Source: Aeropyrum pernix K1
GTDB lineage: Archaea; Thermoproteota; Thermoprotei_A; Sulfolobales; Acidilobaceae
NCBI RefSeq assembly: GCF_000011125.1
Contig: NC_000854.2
Location: 150,001 to 182,000 of the forward strand
Direction of reading: 5' to 3'
Length of the DNA stretch: 32,000 nt
Shown here: positions 16,380-25,436 of the stretch, piece by piece
How the letters are laid out: each line of letters opens with the position of its first letter
Position numbering within the stretch: position 1 is the first letter of the stretch
Made by a program: the position numbers and the translations under genes
The notes under the pieces: model-generated
The model's input: the letters and a program-made list of their open reading frames with translations, nothing else
What the model was told of the DNA's origin: nothing
The model's database searches: none

Positions 16380-17309
16380 CTACTCCATCTGGGGACCCCA
16401 CGCAGGAGGCTTTGGGCCTAGCTTCTCAACTATCTCTATTATCCTGCGGGCTATCTTAAGGAACTCTCTCGAAGCTTCGCTCTCTGGATTCTCTAGGAAG
16501 AATATTTTGCCTTTATCGTTCGACTCTCTTATCGCAGGGTCTATGGGTATTTTGCCGAGGAGTTCTATACCATACTGTGACGCGATCTCCTCAGCCGCGC
16601 CGCGGCCGAAGATATAGTGTATGGATCCGTCGCTACACCTAAAGTAGCTCATGTTCTCGACTATTCCTATCACAGGGGCTTCTATCCTCTTGGCAAAGCT
16701 GACAGCCTTCTTAACGACAGACTTAGCTATCTCGCTGGGTATCGTGACTACCAGGAAGCCCGTTATGTTGGGTATTATCTGGGTTATCGTGAGGACCTCA
16801 TCACCTGTTCCCGGAGGTAGGTCTATGAGGAGATAGTCGAGTTCTCCCCAGTCGACGTATGCAAGCAGCTCTCTGATGGCACTCGTCTTTATGGCCCCTC
16901 TCCAGATTAGGGGCACCTCATCCATGGGCAGCAACAGCCCTATGCTAGCTACTTTAATTCCCGGAGGAACTTCCACGGGCTTTACAGTGCCGTCGAGCTG
17001 CGAGGGCATACCCATGCCCGTCTGGAGGCCGAGCATTTTATGAACGCTAGGACCGCTTATATCTGCGTCAAAAACTCCAACCCTTCGCCCCTCCGCAGCG
17101 AGGGCTGCCGCGAGGCTAGCGGTAACAAAGCTTTTCCCCACACCTCCTTTCGTGCTTATAACAGCTATCTTGTACCTAATCCTCCTCATATTCCTAACTA
17201 TCTTCATCTGCTGCTCCTGAATTGTCTTCATCCGCTCCGCGATAGCCTTGTACTCACTCCTACTTACCCTGAATCCCTTAGAAGCTCTGCCACCCTCCTG
17301 AGTAGACAA
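16380..17309 (-). CDS. Mrp/NBP35/ApbC-family P-loop ATPase (Fe-S cluster carrier-like)
   Basis: Deviant Walker A ISTKGGVGKSF, DADISGPS, LLIDLPPGTGDE and IVENMSYF. The start could be one of the internal Met codons before aa 41. Confidence 0.85.
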   Translation of the reverse strand: MSTQEGGRASKGFRVSRSEYKAIAERMKTIQEQQMKIVRNMRRIRYKIAVISTKGGVGKSFVTASLAAALAAEGRRVGVFDADISGPSVHKMLGLQTGMGMPSQLDGTVKPVEVPPGIKVASIGLLLPMDEVPLIWRGAIKTSAIRELLAYVDWGELDYLLIDLPPGTGDEVLTITQIIPNITGFLVVTIPSEIAKSVVKKAVSFAKRIEAPVIGIVENMSYFRCSDGSIHYIFGRGAAEEIASQYGIELLGKIPIDPAIRESNDKGKIFFLENPESEASREFLKIARRIIEIVEKLGPKPPAWGPQME

Positions 17310-17423
17310 GAAATTACCCCTCCTACTATCTGAGTAAGCATTTGAAGCTATTTATCAAGGATATATGGATGGGAAGCCGGGATGGGACAGCCAATAGGGG
17401 GGTTGGCATAAAAGGGTGTTGCC

Positions 17424-18287
17424 CTAGAGCCTTCTACGCACTCTTCGCGAAGATACTATAGCCTGGAGGACCTCAACCTTGGTCACCACGCCTAATACAT
17501 TATCGCCGTCAACCACAGGCAGGATCCCTACTCCCTCCTTAACCATTATATCTGCTGCCTTCGCAAGGTCCTCCTCCGGCTCCACTGTAATGGGGTTTGG
17601 AGTCATAACGTCCTCTGCTAGGGGTACGAGGTATACCCTGGTCGAGCCTATTCTATCCTTGTAAACTAATGGCTTCTTTATCTTGACATATTTTGGAGCT
17701 CCATGAACAGATACTGGTGTTGCTAGGAAGGCTATATCCCTCTTGGTTATAACTCCGACTAGCTTGCCTCCGTCGAGGATTAAAACCTTCCCAGTGGCAT
17801 CTATCTCCATAAGCTTCAGAACATAGAATATACTGTGCTCCCTCCGCGCCTTGGCGTATATTTCACGCATAAACTCTTTTACTAGGTTTACGCCCTTCAT
17901 CTTCTCTGAGTAGTATCTCGTGAGGTCAGTCCTCGTTATAATGCCCTCCAGCGTGCCGTCTGGCGCCACTACGGGTACGCCACCTATGTTATGTTTCAGC
18001 ATTAGCGAGGCAGCAGTCTTAACGCTCTTAGTGCCCTCTATAGTCACGACATCTCTAGCCATAACCTCTCTCACGTATATCGAGTTAGCCGGCCTGCTAG
18101 GATATTTTCTAACCAGCGCATCGGCTATATCAGTTATCGTTATTATCCCCCTAAGCTTGGAACCCTCCACAACCGGTAGCCTGCTAATATCGTGTGTAAG
18201 CATTAACTTCCTAGCGTGGGCGAGCGTGTCGTCAGGGCTTACAGTATACACATCCCTCGTCATGTAGGATACTACTCGAGAGGCCAC
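17424..18287 (-). CDS. CBS-domain-only protein (four CBS motifs), 287 aa
   Basis: The unit (V)MTRDV.TV..D..L..A..LM..H.I..LPVV....L.GIIT..DI recurs four times. Confidence 0.8.
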   Translation of the reverse strand: MASRVVSYMTRDVYTVSPDDTLAHARKLMLTHDISRLPVVEGSKLRGIITITDIADALVRKYPSRPANSIYVREVMARDVVTIEGTKSVKTAASLMLKHNIGGVPVVAPDGTLEGIITRTDLTRYYSEKMKGVNLVKEFMREIYAKARREHSIFYVLKLMEIDATGKVLILDGGKLVGVITKRDIAFLATPVSVHGAPKYVKIKKPLVYKDRIGSTRVYLVPLAEDVMTPNPITVEPEEDLAKAADIMVKEGVGILPVVDGDNVLGVVTKVEVLQAIVSSRRVRRRL

Positions 18288-19309
18288 TATCTTTCACCCT
18301 CAACGACCGACGCGACTAGAACGTCCCTCTCCGTTATTATCCCCTTGGCCTCGCCGCCATCAACCACTATAAGGCTGTCTACGCCGAGTTCGACCATCCT
18401 CCTCGCAGCGTCAGCCACACTAGCCTTCTCATCTATGGTATACACCTCTGGCGACATCACCATGTAGACTGGGATTGATATAGCCTCGCTCACCTTACCG
18501 CTAGGGGCGTTTTTGAAAGCCTCGTGCTCGCCGAAGTAGGCTACAATGTCCTTGGCTGTTATAACACCCTTGATCTCGCCTGTCGATGATGAAATCACTA
18601 GAAGCCTCCTGAACCCATATGTGACCATAGACCTCATAGCCTCCTTAAGCGGTGCTTCAGGATCTACACCCACTATTGTTGCCGTCATGTAGTCGCCCAC
18701 TTTTTTGTCAAAGGGTATATCAGCTATCCTACCTAGTATGTTCCTCTCTGTTATGACCCCATGTAGGGTGCCATCGTCATAGAGTACAGGGAGGAAGCCA
18801 ATACCCTCCCCAACCATTATCCTAAGTATCGTGTCTAGATCGTCTGAAACACTCACCGCTATAGGGTGTCTGTTCATTATGGTTGCCACTACTTCCTTCC
18901 TCAGAGCGCTGTATATGCTGTCTCTATGCCGGTTCTCAACAATCTGGAAGTAATCGCCCCCGCCCAGGTAGTTGACTAAATCGGTGGCGAGGAGTATACC
19001 TTCTAGCACAGCGTCGCCGCTGCCCTTGATAACCACTAGGCCTCTAACTCTGTGAGAGGCTATCTTCTCGGCTGCTGAGAGTATGGGAGCGGATTTGTGT
19101 ACACTAACTGCTGGCCTTGAAGCCAGCTCTTTGGCATCTCCGGGCAGCCGTCTCACCCGCTGGCTCCAATTGGGAGTACCGTCAGCCCTTAGCCACCTAA
19201 CACCCTCTGGCCTAGACCTGGTCACAACGCGGCTGGGTTTCGGTGCTGTAGCTACATATCTTATAGGCGGTCTCGGGGGTCTACTTGGAGCTCCCCCCCT
19301 CCTGCTCAT
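18287..19309 (-). CDS. CBS-domain protein (four CBS motifs) with a ~70-aa Arg/Pro-rich N-terminal extension, 340 aa
   Basis: CBS repeats such as IMNRHPIAVSV...GFLPVLYDDGTLHGVITERNIL. The N-terminus is MSRRGGAPSRPPRPPIRYVATAPKPSRVVTRSRPEG. Its stop overlaps the downstream CBS gene start by 1 nt. Confidence 0.75.
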   Translation of the reverse strand: MSRRGGAPSRPPRPPIRYVATAPKPSRVVTRSRPEGVRWLRADGTPNWSQRVRRLPGDAKELASRPAVSVHKSAPILSAAEKIASHRVRGLVVIKGSGDAVLEGILLATDLVNYLGGGDYFQIVENRHRDSIYSALRKEVVATIMNRHPIAVSVSDDLDTILRIMVGEGIGFLPVLYDDGTLHGVITERNILGRIADIPFDKKVGDYMTATIVGVDPEAPLKEAMRSMVTYGFRRLLVISSSTGEIKGVITAKDIVAYFGEHEAFKNAPSGKVSEAISIPVYMVMSPEVYTIDEKASVADAARRMVELGVDSLIVVDGGEAKGIITERDVLVASVVEGER

Positions 19310-19345
19310 CCATCCATCACCTCCAACAAGGAAATGTGCCTCCCA

Positions 19346-20182
19346 TTATAAAGACGCCCTTCCTCGGCTCTTAAAGTAAAGCCTTACTAGATCCTCCCTA
19401 TCAATAATTCCTGTGAGAACCCTAGAGTCTCGAGACTTGACTACGGGAACCCTCCCGACCCCACGGTCTAACATGATCCTCGCAACATCCTCTAGATTAT
19501 CCGACTCAGCCACATAAATTACAGAGCGGGTCATTACGCTCTCCACCCTAACCCTGTGAGGCGGTGCCTCGCTCTCCAGACCCAGCCTTGTGTAACCCTT
19601 CCTTATCAAATCGTACTGTGTTACTATACCCCTCACAACCATCCTCTGGTCTACCACCGGAACTCCAGCGTACCTCCTCTCCACCATTATTTCCCACACA
19701 CGGGTAAGACTATCACCCTCCAGCACGTACTCCACATCCCTAGTCATAGCGTCGCTCGCCGTGTAGCCCCTGTAGAACCCTGCTTCCAGGAGTAGCCTAA
19801 TGGGAGTCTCGAGACCCAGGACGCCGACTAGCCTGTTGGCATCGTTCACAACGGGAGCATACCATTCGTCGAACTTTAACATTGAAAATACCGCCTCCTC
19901 CAGGCTGTAGCTGGGCTTCAGAACTACTGCTGGCTCCTCCATGATATCTAGAGCCTTAGCCTCACTCTTCCTACTGGTAACGAGGATCACCGACGACCTG
20001 TATATGACCCCCTCAAGCCTGCCCTCACCGTTAACCACGAGAACTATCCTCGAGCCCGTGTCCCTCAGAATCCTCCTTATCTCTCCTATAGGCGCCTCCT
20101 TCTCCACTGTAACGGGTTTTAACAGGTTAACCTCGAACAGCTTCCTCTGTAAAAATCTGGAAGGCTGCGCCAGCCTCTCCAC
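19346..20182 (-). CDS. CBS-domain-only protein (four CBS motifs), 278 aa
   Basis: CBS repeats such as VMTRSVIYVAESDNLEDVARIMLDRGVGRVPVV...LTGIIDREDL. GTG start. Confidence 0.8.
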   Translation of the reverse strand: MERLAQPSRFLQRKLFEVNLLKPVTVEKEAPIGEIRRILRDTGSRIVLVVNGEGRLEGVIYRSSVILVTSRKSEAKALDIMEEPAVVLKPSYSLEEAVFSMLKFDEWYAPVVNDANRLVGVLGLETPIRLLLEAGFYRGYTASDAMTRDVEYVLEGDSLTRVWEIMVERRYAGVPVVDQRMVVRGIVTQYDLIRKGYTRLGLESEAPPHRVRVESVMTRSVIYVAESDNLEDVARIMLDRGVGRVPVVKSRDSRVLTGIIDREDLVRLYFKSRGRASL

Positions 20183-20245
20183 CCTATTCTAATATTGAGA
20201 ATATTGTCTCGATTATTAGCTTGGCTAATCTAAGCTGTATTGATG

Positions 20246-21181
20246 CTAAAGCCAGGTCCACCCTGAAACTCTAAACTCCCTCCTACCACCCTCTATGAGA
20301 ACCCTGCCAGCACCATCGCTGGAGGTGTAACCTACTGTTGCACACTCTATATTAAGTCTCCTGCACCAGCGCAGTATACAATCTATCGAGCCATCACCCC
20401 CTACAGCTACTATGTTATAGTCCTCCCAGCTCTGGAGAACAGCCCACTTCTCTAAACCCAGCTCATCCAACACCTTCTCCACATGCCTGTCAACGAGAAT
20501 ATCATCGATCACAACTGATACTCCACTCTCAACTCCTAGAAGGTGGAGGGAAGCCCCCAGCCCATCACTGTTATCTATAGATGCGGCGGCCTCGCATGAC
20601 GATAGCTCAGGCCCTATCCTTAGAGGGGGTTTAGGCCTCCTTGTATACTCGACTACAGGACCTGGAAGATCATCCCTAGACAACCGCCCCTGTAGAGTTA
20701 AGTGGGAGAGGAGTCCGTATCCCGACGCCCCAACCTGCACTAGAGTCATGCCTGGTTTTGCACCGAATCTCCCCAGAGGCTTCTCGGCCTTCCCTAGCAC
20801 AGCCACGTCTATCCACGGGCTCTTCGAAGTGTTGAAGTCAGACTTACCAACCGTAGCCCCCATCCAAACGGCAGCCTCGCCCACGCCCCTGGCAACATCT
20901 ACAGCCCGCTCAACACTATCCAGACCCAAGCTGTACATAACGTGAAAGGGAGCCCCCCCGGATGCAGCGACGTCTGAAGCGGCTGCAACAACCGACTTCC
21001 AACCCCAGTCTCCAAGGCTCATCCAGGGGAGCCTGCTAGAATCCATCGAGTACCCGTCGATAGAGGCTATGATGCCATCCCCTGCAGGGCAAGCATCGTA
21101 CCCCCAGCAGGCCTTGGAACCCGCCTCGCTGGAAAGCACCTTAAGCTTGTCCATCCACCTGGCAAAACCATTCATCCACAC
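20246..21181 (-). CDS. thiL: PurM/AIR-synthase-like superfamily protein, most like thiamine-monophosphate kinase
   Basis: GDGIIASIDGYSMDS...LGDWGWKSVVAAASDVAASGGAP follows the ThiL pattern (GDD.A...D......DIG.KA...N.SD.AAMGA.P). The ~310-aa length fits. Confidence 0.6.
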   Translation of the reverse strand: MWMNGFARWMDKLKVLSSEAGSKACWGYDACPAGDGIIASIDGYSMDSSRLPWMSLGDWGWKSVVAAASDVAASGGAPFHVMYSLGLDSVERAVDVARGVGEAAVWMGATVGKSDFNTSKSPWIDVAVLGKAEKPLGRFGAKPGMTLVQVGASGYGLLSHLTLQGRLSRDDLPGPVVEYTRRPKPPLRIGPELSSCEAAASIDNSDGLGASLHLLGVESGVSVVIDDILVDRHVEKVLDELGLEKWAVLQSWEDYNIVAVGGDGSIDCILRWCRRLNIECATVGYTSSDGAGRVLIEGGRREFRVSGWTWL

Positions 21182-21335
21182 ACACCCAAGCCCCTATACA
21201 CATAGGAGGATTAGAGGCGGCGATCCGATAATTATCGAGTACAGAGGGTCAGACGCTGTTATAATCCTTCTTCACCGCCCCTGGGGCTCTGCGCTCGCAC
21301 CCCTCACCATCCCCTCTCCTATATGTCGAGTATCT

Positions 21336-22094
21336 TCACGCCTCCTTGTATAACCTGTCCCTCAGCTTTACTACCTCACCCACTATTATAACTGCTGGGC
21401 TTTTCACCCTGCCCTGCCTACCGAGCTCCCTCAACCCTCTAAGATCGGTCACCAGAGTTTCCGCTTCCGGCGTTGACACGCTCGAGGCTATAGCTACCGG
21501 CGTCTCAGGCGGTAGCACTTTAATTAGGCGTTCCGCTAATTCAGCCGACGTTGAGGCGCCCATAAGTATTACCAGGGTGTCTACGGAGCGCGCTATATCC
21601 TCCAGCTTTACCCTCTTACCAGCCGGCTTCCCGGGGGCTTCCTTGCCTGTTATTACGGCGAACGAGGAGGAGATGCCCCTGCTGGTTAGCGGTATCCCGT
21701 GGAGGGCTGAAGCAGCTATATAGCTTGGCACGCCGGGTATAACAATGCATTCTACCCCCTTCTCCATAAGGTACATGCACTCCTCCTCTCCCCTGCCGTA
21801 TGTATAGGGGTCGCCGCCCTTCAGCCTCGCTACAGTCATGCCCCTGCATGCAAGGATCTCCATAAGCCTGTTTATCTCCTCCTGCGACATACCCTCTCCA
21901 GGCTTCTTACCCACATATATCTTTAGTGCTGGTGTCTGCAGCTTCTCCACAAGACCCTTAGGAGCCAGTCTATCGTAGAGTATGGCGTCGGCCTCCTCTA
22001 GAGCCTTCATCCCCTTGACGGTTATCAAGCCCGGGTCTCCGGGTCCACCCCCCACTATAACGACCTTCCCTCGGCATCTCGCCAAGACTGCCAC
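21336..22094 (-). CDS. cobA: uroporphyrinogen-III C-methyltransferase (SUMT; CobA/CysG C-domain type)
   Basis: VVIVGGGPGDPGLITVKGMKALEEADAILYDRL, SQEEINRLM, RLKGGDPYTYGRGEEE and VIPGVPS are tetrapyrrole methylase/SUMT signatures. Confidence 0.85.
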   Translation of the reverse strand: MAVLARCRGKVVIVGGGPGDPGLITVKGMKALEEADAILYDRLAPKGLVEKLQTPALKIYVGKKPGEGMSQEEINRLMEILACRGMTVARLKGGDPYTYGRGEEECMYLMEKGVECIVIPGVPSYIAASALHGIPLTSRGISSSFAVITGKEAPGKPAGKRVKLEDIARSVDTLVILMGASTSAELAERLIKVLPPETPVAIASSVSTPEAETLVTDLRGLRELGRQGRVKSPAVIIVGEVVKLRDRLYKEA

Positions 22095-22119
22095 CCGCCG
22101 AGACCCTGAGCTTCGCAGT

Positions 22120-22755
22120 CTATAGCCTGAGCCCGAGTAACACCGGCTCCTCCCTAATAATCCACTTCCTCGCCTCCGCTGCCCTCAAAGCCTCGACAGT
22201 CTCTATCCACGCGGGGATACTATCAACCTCGTATAGAACCAGGAACTCGTAGTCAGCGATGCCGAAAGCATATGTAGTCACCGAGAGGACCGGGTTCTCC
22301 CTCGTCCTCTCCATAGCTATTCTAATGTGCTCTCCCATGGCTCTTCTCCTAACCTCCTCGGGCTCCAGGTACCATGTGGGGCTCTTCTTCATAGGATATG
22401 CAACTAGAAACCGGAACTTGCTGTTCTTAAGGGCCTCAACTACCTCTTCCGCCGTCTTGCTCCTAGCGTAGGGCGACTCCTTATAGTAGGCTGGCCACCA
22501 TACAGCCTCCTCCACACACCCCCACCTAGACAGCTCAAGCCTCAAACGGCCTAACCCACCAGCTTCTGTAAATGCTGCTACCAGGGATAGATGGCCCGGG
22601 CCAGAGATGTTTAGATATGCTCTTGAAACCGTCGCGTCCGAACTCTCTGCAGCCTCCGAGACAACGCTCCTCCAGGCTTCAGCTGCTCTCACACCTCTTG
22701 GACACGATCCCCCACGCCTTACACTATAGCCAGCCACAACGATATATAGCTCCAA
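22120..22755 (-). CDS. chlorite dismutase (Cld/HemQ/ChdC) family protein, 211 aa
   Basis: FLVAYPMKKSPTWYLEPEEVRRRAMGEHIRIAMER...TTYAFGIADYEFLVLYEVDS...ETVEALRAAEARKW matches the C-terminal ferredoxin-like domain of the family, including the proximal-His region. TTG start. Confidence 0.7.
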   Translation of the reverse strand: MELYIVVAGYSVRRGGSCPRGVRAAEAWRSVVSEAAESSDATVSRAYLNISGPGHLSLVAAFTEAGGLGRLRLELSRWGCVEEAVWWPAYYKESPYARSKTAEEVVEALKNSKFRFLVAYPMKKSPTWYLEPEEVRRRAMGEHIRIAMERTRENPVLSVTTYAFGIADYEFLVLYEVDSIPAWIETVEALRAAEARKWIIREEPVLLGLRL

Positions 22756-23021
22756 AGAGCCTCACCTCAAGCCTAGAGGTACATAAGGCCCCGGGGAGGG
22801 CTTAACTTAGTCTACTAACCAGTATGCTCCCGTATTTACAGCCTGGCTTATCTTCGCAGGCGGCGGCTCGGTTGGTCCGTGAAAATGTCATAGCCCCCTG
22901 GGCAGGATTAGGGCTCTTTCTACCCAGCGGATCTCATCGCCGCCAATATAAGTAGATAGGGGAATAGGGGAGAGAAAAGAAGGTTTGCTTATTGAGGGAG
23001 GAGGATTATTAGAGTGAGGGG

Positions 23022-23447
23022 TTACTGCACCTCCTCGTAGCTCTGCAGCCTCTTACCGTGTATCCTCTCGATCACAGGGATTATACCTGGGTTCTTGATC
23101 TTTGGTATCTCCTCGACGGGCACGTACTGGGGCAGGGAATATCTCGTATGCGTTAGCTCTGCAATAATATTCCTGGCCTTAAGGCTGCTAAGTATCTTCC
23201 TAAGCCTGTCCTCTCCGACTATGCCGGAGAATATCTTCTTAAGGTCACGCCAGGAGAGAGGCTGCTTTGCCTCGTCGAGTGCTATGAGGACTAGTCTCAC
23301 TACGTCATCGTCAACAAGGGCAGTATAGACGCTAATCTCTGCATCCTCGATAACAACTTTCATTTTCTCGAACTCCTCTAAAATTTTCCTCCTAACCCTC
23401 TGAATTACCTCCTCTTCCGCCTCGTACTTCTTCACTAGCTGGCTCAT
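23022..23447 (-). CDS. hypothetical protein, possible winged-helix DNA binder, 141 aa
   Basis: ATG ORF preceded by AT-rich TATA-like sequence (23461..23491). The central PLSWRDLKKIFSGIVGEDRLRKILSSLKARNIIAEL looks like a wHTH. The N-terminus is a charged coiled-coil-like helix. Confidence 0.5.
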   Translation of the reverse strand: MSQLVKKYEAEEEVIQRVRRKILEEFEKMKVVIEDAEISVYTALVDDDVVRLVLIALDEAKQPLSWRDLKKIFSGIVGEDRLRKILSSLKARNIIAELTHTRYSLPQYVPVEEIPKIKNPGIIPVIERIHGKRLQSYEEVQ

Positions 23448-23559
23448 ATCCAGCCACCGAATAATATATAGGGTGCAACCTCTATATTAACTTAAAATTA
23501 ATAAGCCTTGTGGGACAACGGTGTATCAAGCGCTGTCAAATCAAGTTTATAAAAGGGTT

Positions 23560-23886
23560 TTAGGCTATGCTGGCGGTCTCGCGGGTAGTGGTAGCGTCAG
23601 CTCTTATCTCGTCTTCTTCACCAACACCGGATAGGTACTCGAGGATCTCGGCCAAATCGCTTGCTACGATTCTTCTAGCCGCTGTGAGCACGATGTAGTC
23701 TATCACATCCTCCTCTTCACTGCCGAGCAGGGCTATCTCGCTGTCAATCTCTAACGCTTTCCGGGACAACGTCACTAGCTCCCTGTATAGGACAGGGCTG
23801 GCAATCCTCCTGGAGACACCGCTCTCCACGGGGACTCCACCAACGGTGATGTTTAGCTTAGAAATGCTCGTAGGGAAGACAGGCAC
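23560..23886 (-). CDS. hypothetical protein, 108 aa
   Basis: ATG ORF in the same orientation as its neighbours, with an acidic helical C-half. No motif recognised. Confidence 0.4.
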   Translation of the reverse strand: MPVFPTSISKLNITVGGVPVESGVSRRIASPVLYRELVTLSRKALEIDSEIALLGSEEEDVIDYIVLTAARRIVASDLAEILEYLSGVGEEDEIRADATTTRETASIA

Positions 23887-24024
23887 GTATTTACCCCGTA
23901 ATCCGTATGTGCAAGAGGAGATAATGCTTAGACAAGCAGGTGGTCCAAACGGTTGTCAAATATAGAGGCTAGAAGCCCGGGGTATAGTCCCGAGGACACC
24001 CGGGGCCTGAAGGCCTCCGGAGGA

Positions 24025-24555
24025 TCATTTTTGCTTCAGGGGCTCTACCACGAGCTCTATAACATCGCCCTTCACTGTTACAGTAGCCTTGCTCTTCCTC
24101 GCGGTTAAGATTCCCATGGTGAACGGAAATGTTATAACATTGAGGCTAACATCCCCCTCAGCCCTCACCTTCAGCTTCGCTGACTTTAGCCTCCCTCCTT
24201 TAGGTAGCTTCAGCGTCACTATCTCGGAATCCACTTCAAACTTGATAGATATTATGTCTCCCTGCAGCTCTACCCTGTTGCTGCCGCTCTCCACCTTAGC
24301 GACCTTCTCACCCAGAGTGTCGACCTCGTACCTGGAGCCCGCGCTATATACTTTCACCAGGTCCTCGTTTACATACTCTACCTCAGGATGCTGGGAGAAG
24401 TAAGCGCTGACCCTCACGCTTCCAGGCTCGATTTCAGCGCTGAGACCGCTCGTACCTACTAGAAGTGTGTGGCTAGCCTCGTACCTCCTCCCTGACACGA
24501 GGACCTTCGAGTTGTCCACGTCCACCTTAACCCTCTGCTCGTTCTTAAGCAGCAT
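24025..24555 (-). CDS. hypothetical beta-rich protein, 176 aa
   Basis: ATG ORF with an alternating V/K/E/S pattern suggesting an all-beta fold. No signal peptide or TM segment seen. Confidence 0.5.
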   Translation of the reverse strand: MLLKNEQRVKVDVDNSKVLVSGRRYEASHTLLVGTSGLSAEIEPGSVRVSAYFSQHPEVEYVNEDLVKVYSAGSRYEVDTLGEKVAKVESGSNRVELQGDIISIKFEVDSEIVTLKLPKGGRLKSAKLKVRAEGDVSLNVITFPFTMGILTARKSKATVTVKGDVIELVVEPLKQK

Positions 24556-24774
24556 ACCCCATTCGCCTCTCTATCCCCAATATACCCTTAATCCTACCAG
24601 ATTGATAACTATTTCTACGGTACACCCGGATCTCGCAGATCCCTTTTGGATTCAAAGGTATCTGCCGGTGTTACCCTGTTCTCGAGAGACCTCGCGGAAT
24701 CGTTTCATAGTTAATACCCGAGGCTTACATATAGTTCTTTTATCGAAGCTGTACATACGAGGTAGAAGCTTACT

Positions 24775-25065
24775 ATGGCTGGTGAGGAGATACCGGAGGA
24801 CGTGTTTGAAGATCTTGAGCTGGCAAAGAGTGAGGTGGAGAAGGAGCTGGAGAGGGCTAGGGGGAAGAGGAAGAGGAGGTACCCCAGTAACAGCGACATT
24901 GCGGAAGCCATAAAAGAGCTGGCGGGATATGCGAGGGTTGACCCCCAAAGCTTCCCTGAGAGGGTTAGAGAGAAGCTTGAGGAGCAAGGCTTCTACACAG
25001 GCCTCGTCACAGACGAGAGAATCTGGAGAGTCTACGAAACATTACTCAGAAAAGGGGAGATATAG
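24775..25065 (+). CDS. hypothetical charged helical protein, 96 aa
   Basis: ATG ORF with TATA-like catatag/cttttatc 25-50 nt upstream. A second gene follows after 40 nt. Confidence 0.45.
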   Translation: MAGEEIPEDVFEDLELAKSEVEKELERARGKRKRRYPSNSDIAEAIKELAGYARVDPQSFPERVREKLEEQGFYTGLVTDERIWRVYETLLRKGEI

Positions 25066-25105
25066 AAGGCAATAACAGGGCTAAAGCCGTTGAAGAACTC
25101 CCAGG

Positions 25106-25429
25106 GTGTTATGGGTCTTGGGAGAATGCTACTTCTGCCTCTCCAAGGCGTCCCACAGTTGCCGCTTGTGCGGTAGGCCTGTGTGTGACACCCACGGTGG
25201 TGGAGGTGTTTGTGTGGCGTGTAGGGAGGCTATCTGCGCCGTATGCGGGAGGGAGCTTGCGGTCTCTTACTGCTCCGGCTGCGGCAGGCTTGGATGTGTC
25301 GACTGCCTAGTGCAGTACGATCCTGTGAGGCGTTTCTGCCGGGACTGCTTAGCCCGAGGAGCTTCCGAGTTCAAGCCGGAGGCCCTGGAGCCTCTTAAGA
25401 AGGTTGTTAGAAGAGTGTTTGGGTCGTGA
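25106..25429 (+). CDS. cysteine-rich multi-zinc-ribbon protein, 107 aa
   Basis: 15 Cys in the first 81 residues. They form seven CxxC pairs (C8/11, 19/22, 36/39, 44/47, 56/59, 64/67, 78/81) plus CxxH (C27/H30). GTG start. Confidence 0.55.
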   Translation: MLWVLGECYFCLSKASHSCRLCGRPVCDTHGGGGVCVACREAICAVCGRELAVSYCSGCGRLGCVDCLVQYDPVRRFCRDCLARGASEFKPEALEPLKKVVRRVFGS

Positions 25430-25436
25430 ACGGGTC

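Noticed and set aside
16189-16617. Degenerate rpl2 remnant after rpl23 (130-aa ORF at 16225..16617)
   Set aside because: The translation has no similarity to uL2, and most of it is antisense to the mrp-like gene. The L3-L4-L23 unit appears to end cleanly at a T5 tract.
24467-24987. 148-aa and 111-aa ORFs spanning the 24556..24774 spacer, plus small hairpins at 24628..24658
   Set aside because: The ORFs overlap the real 176-aa and 96-aa genes out of frame and are Arg/Leu-rich. The 5-6 bp hairpins are too short to stand alone as features.
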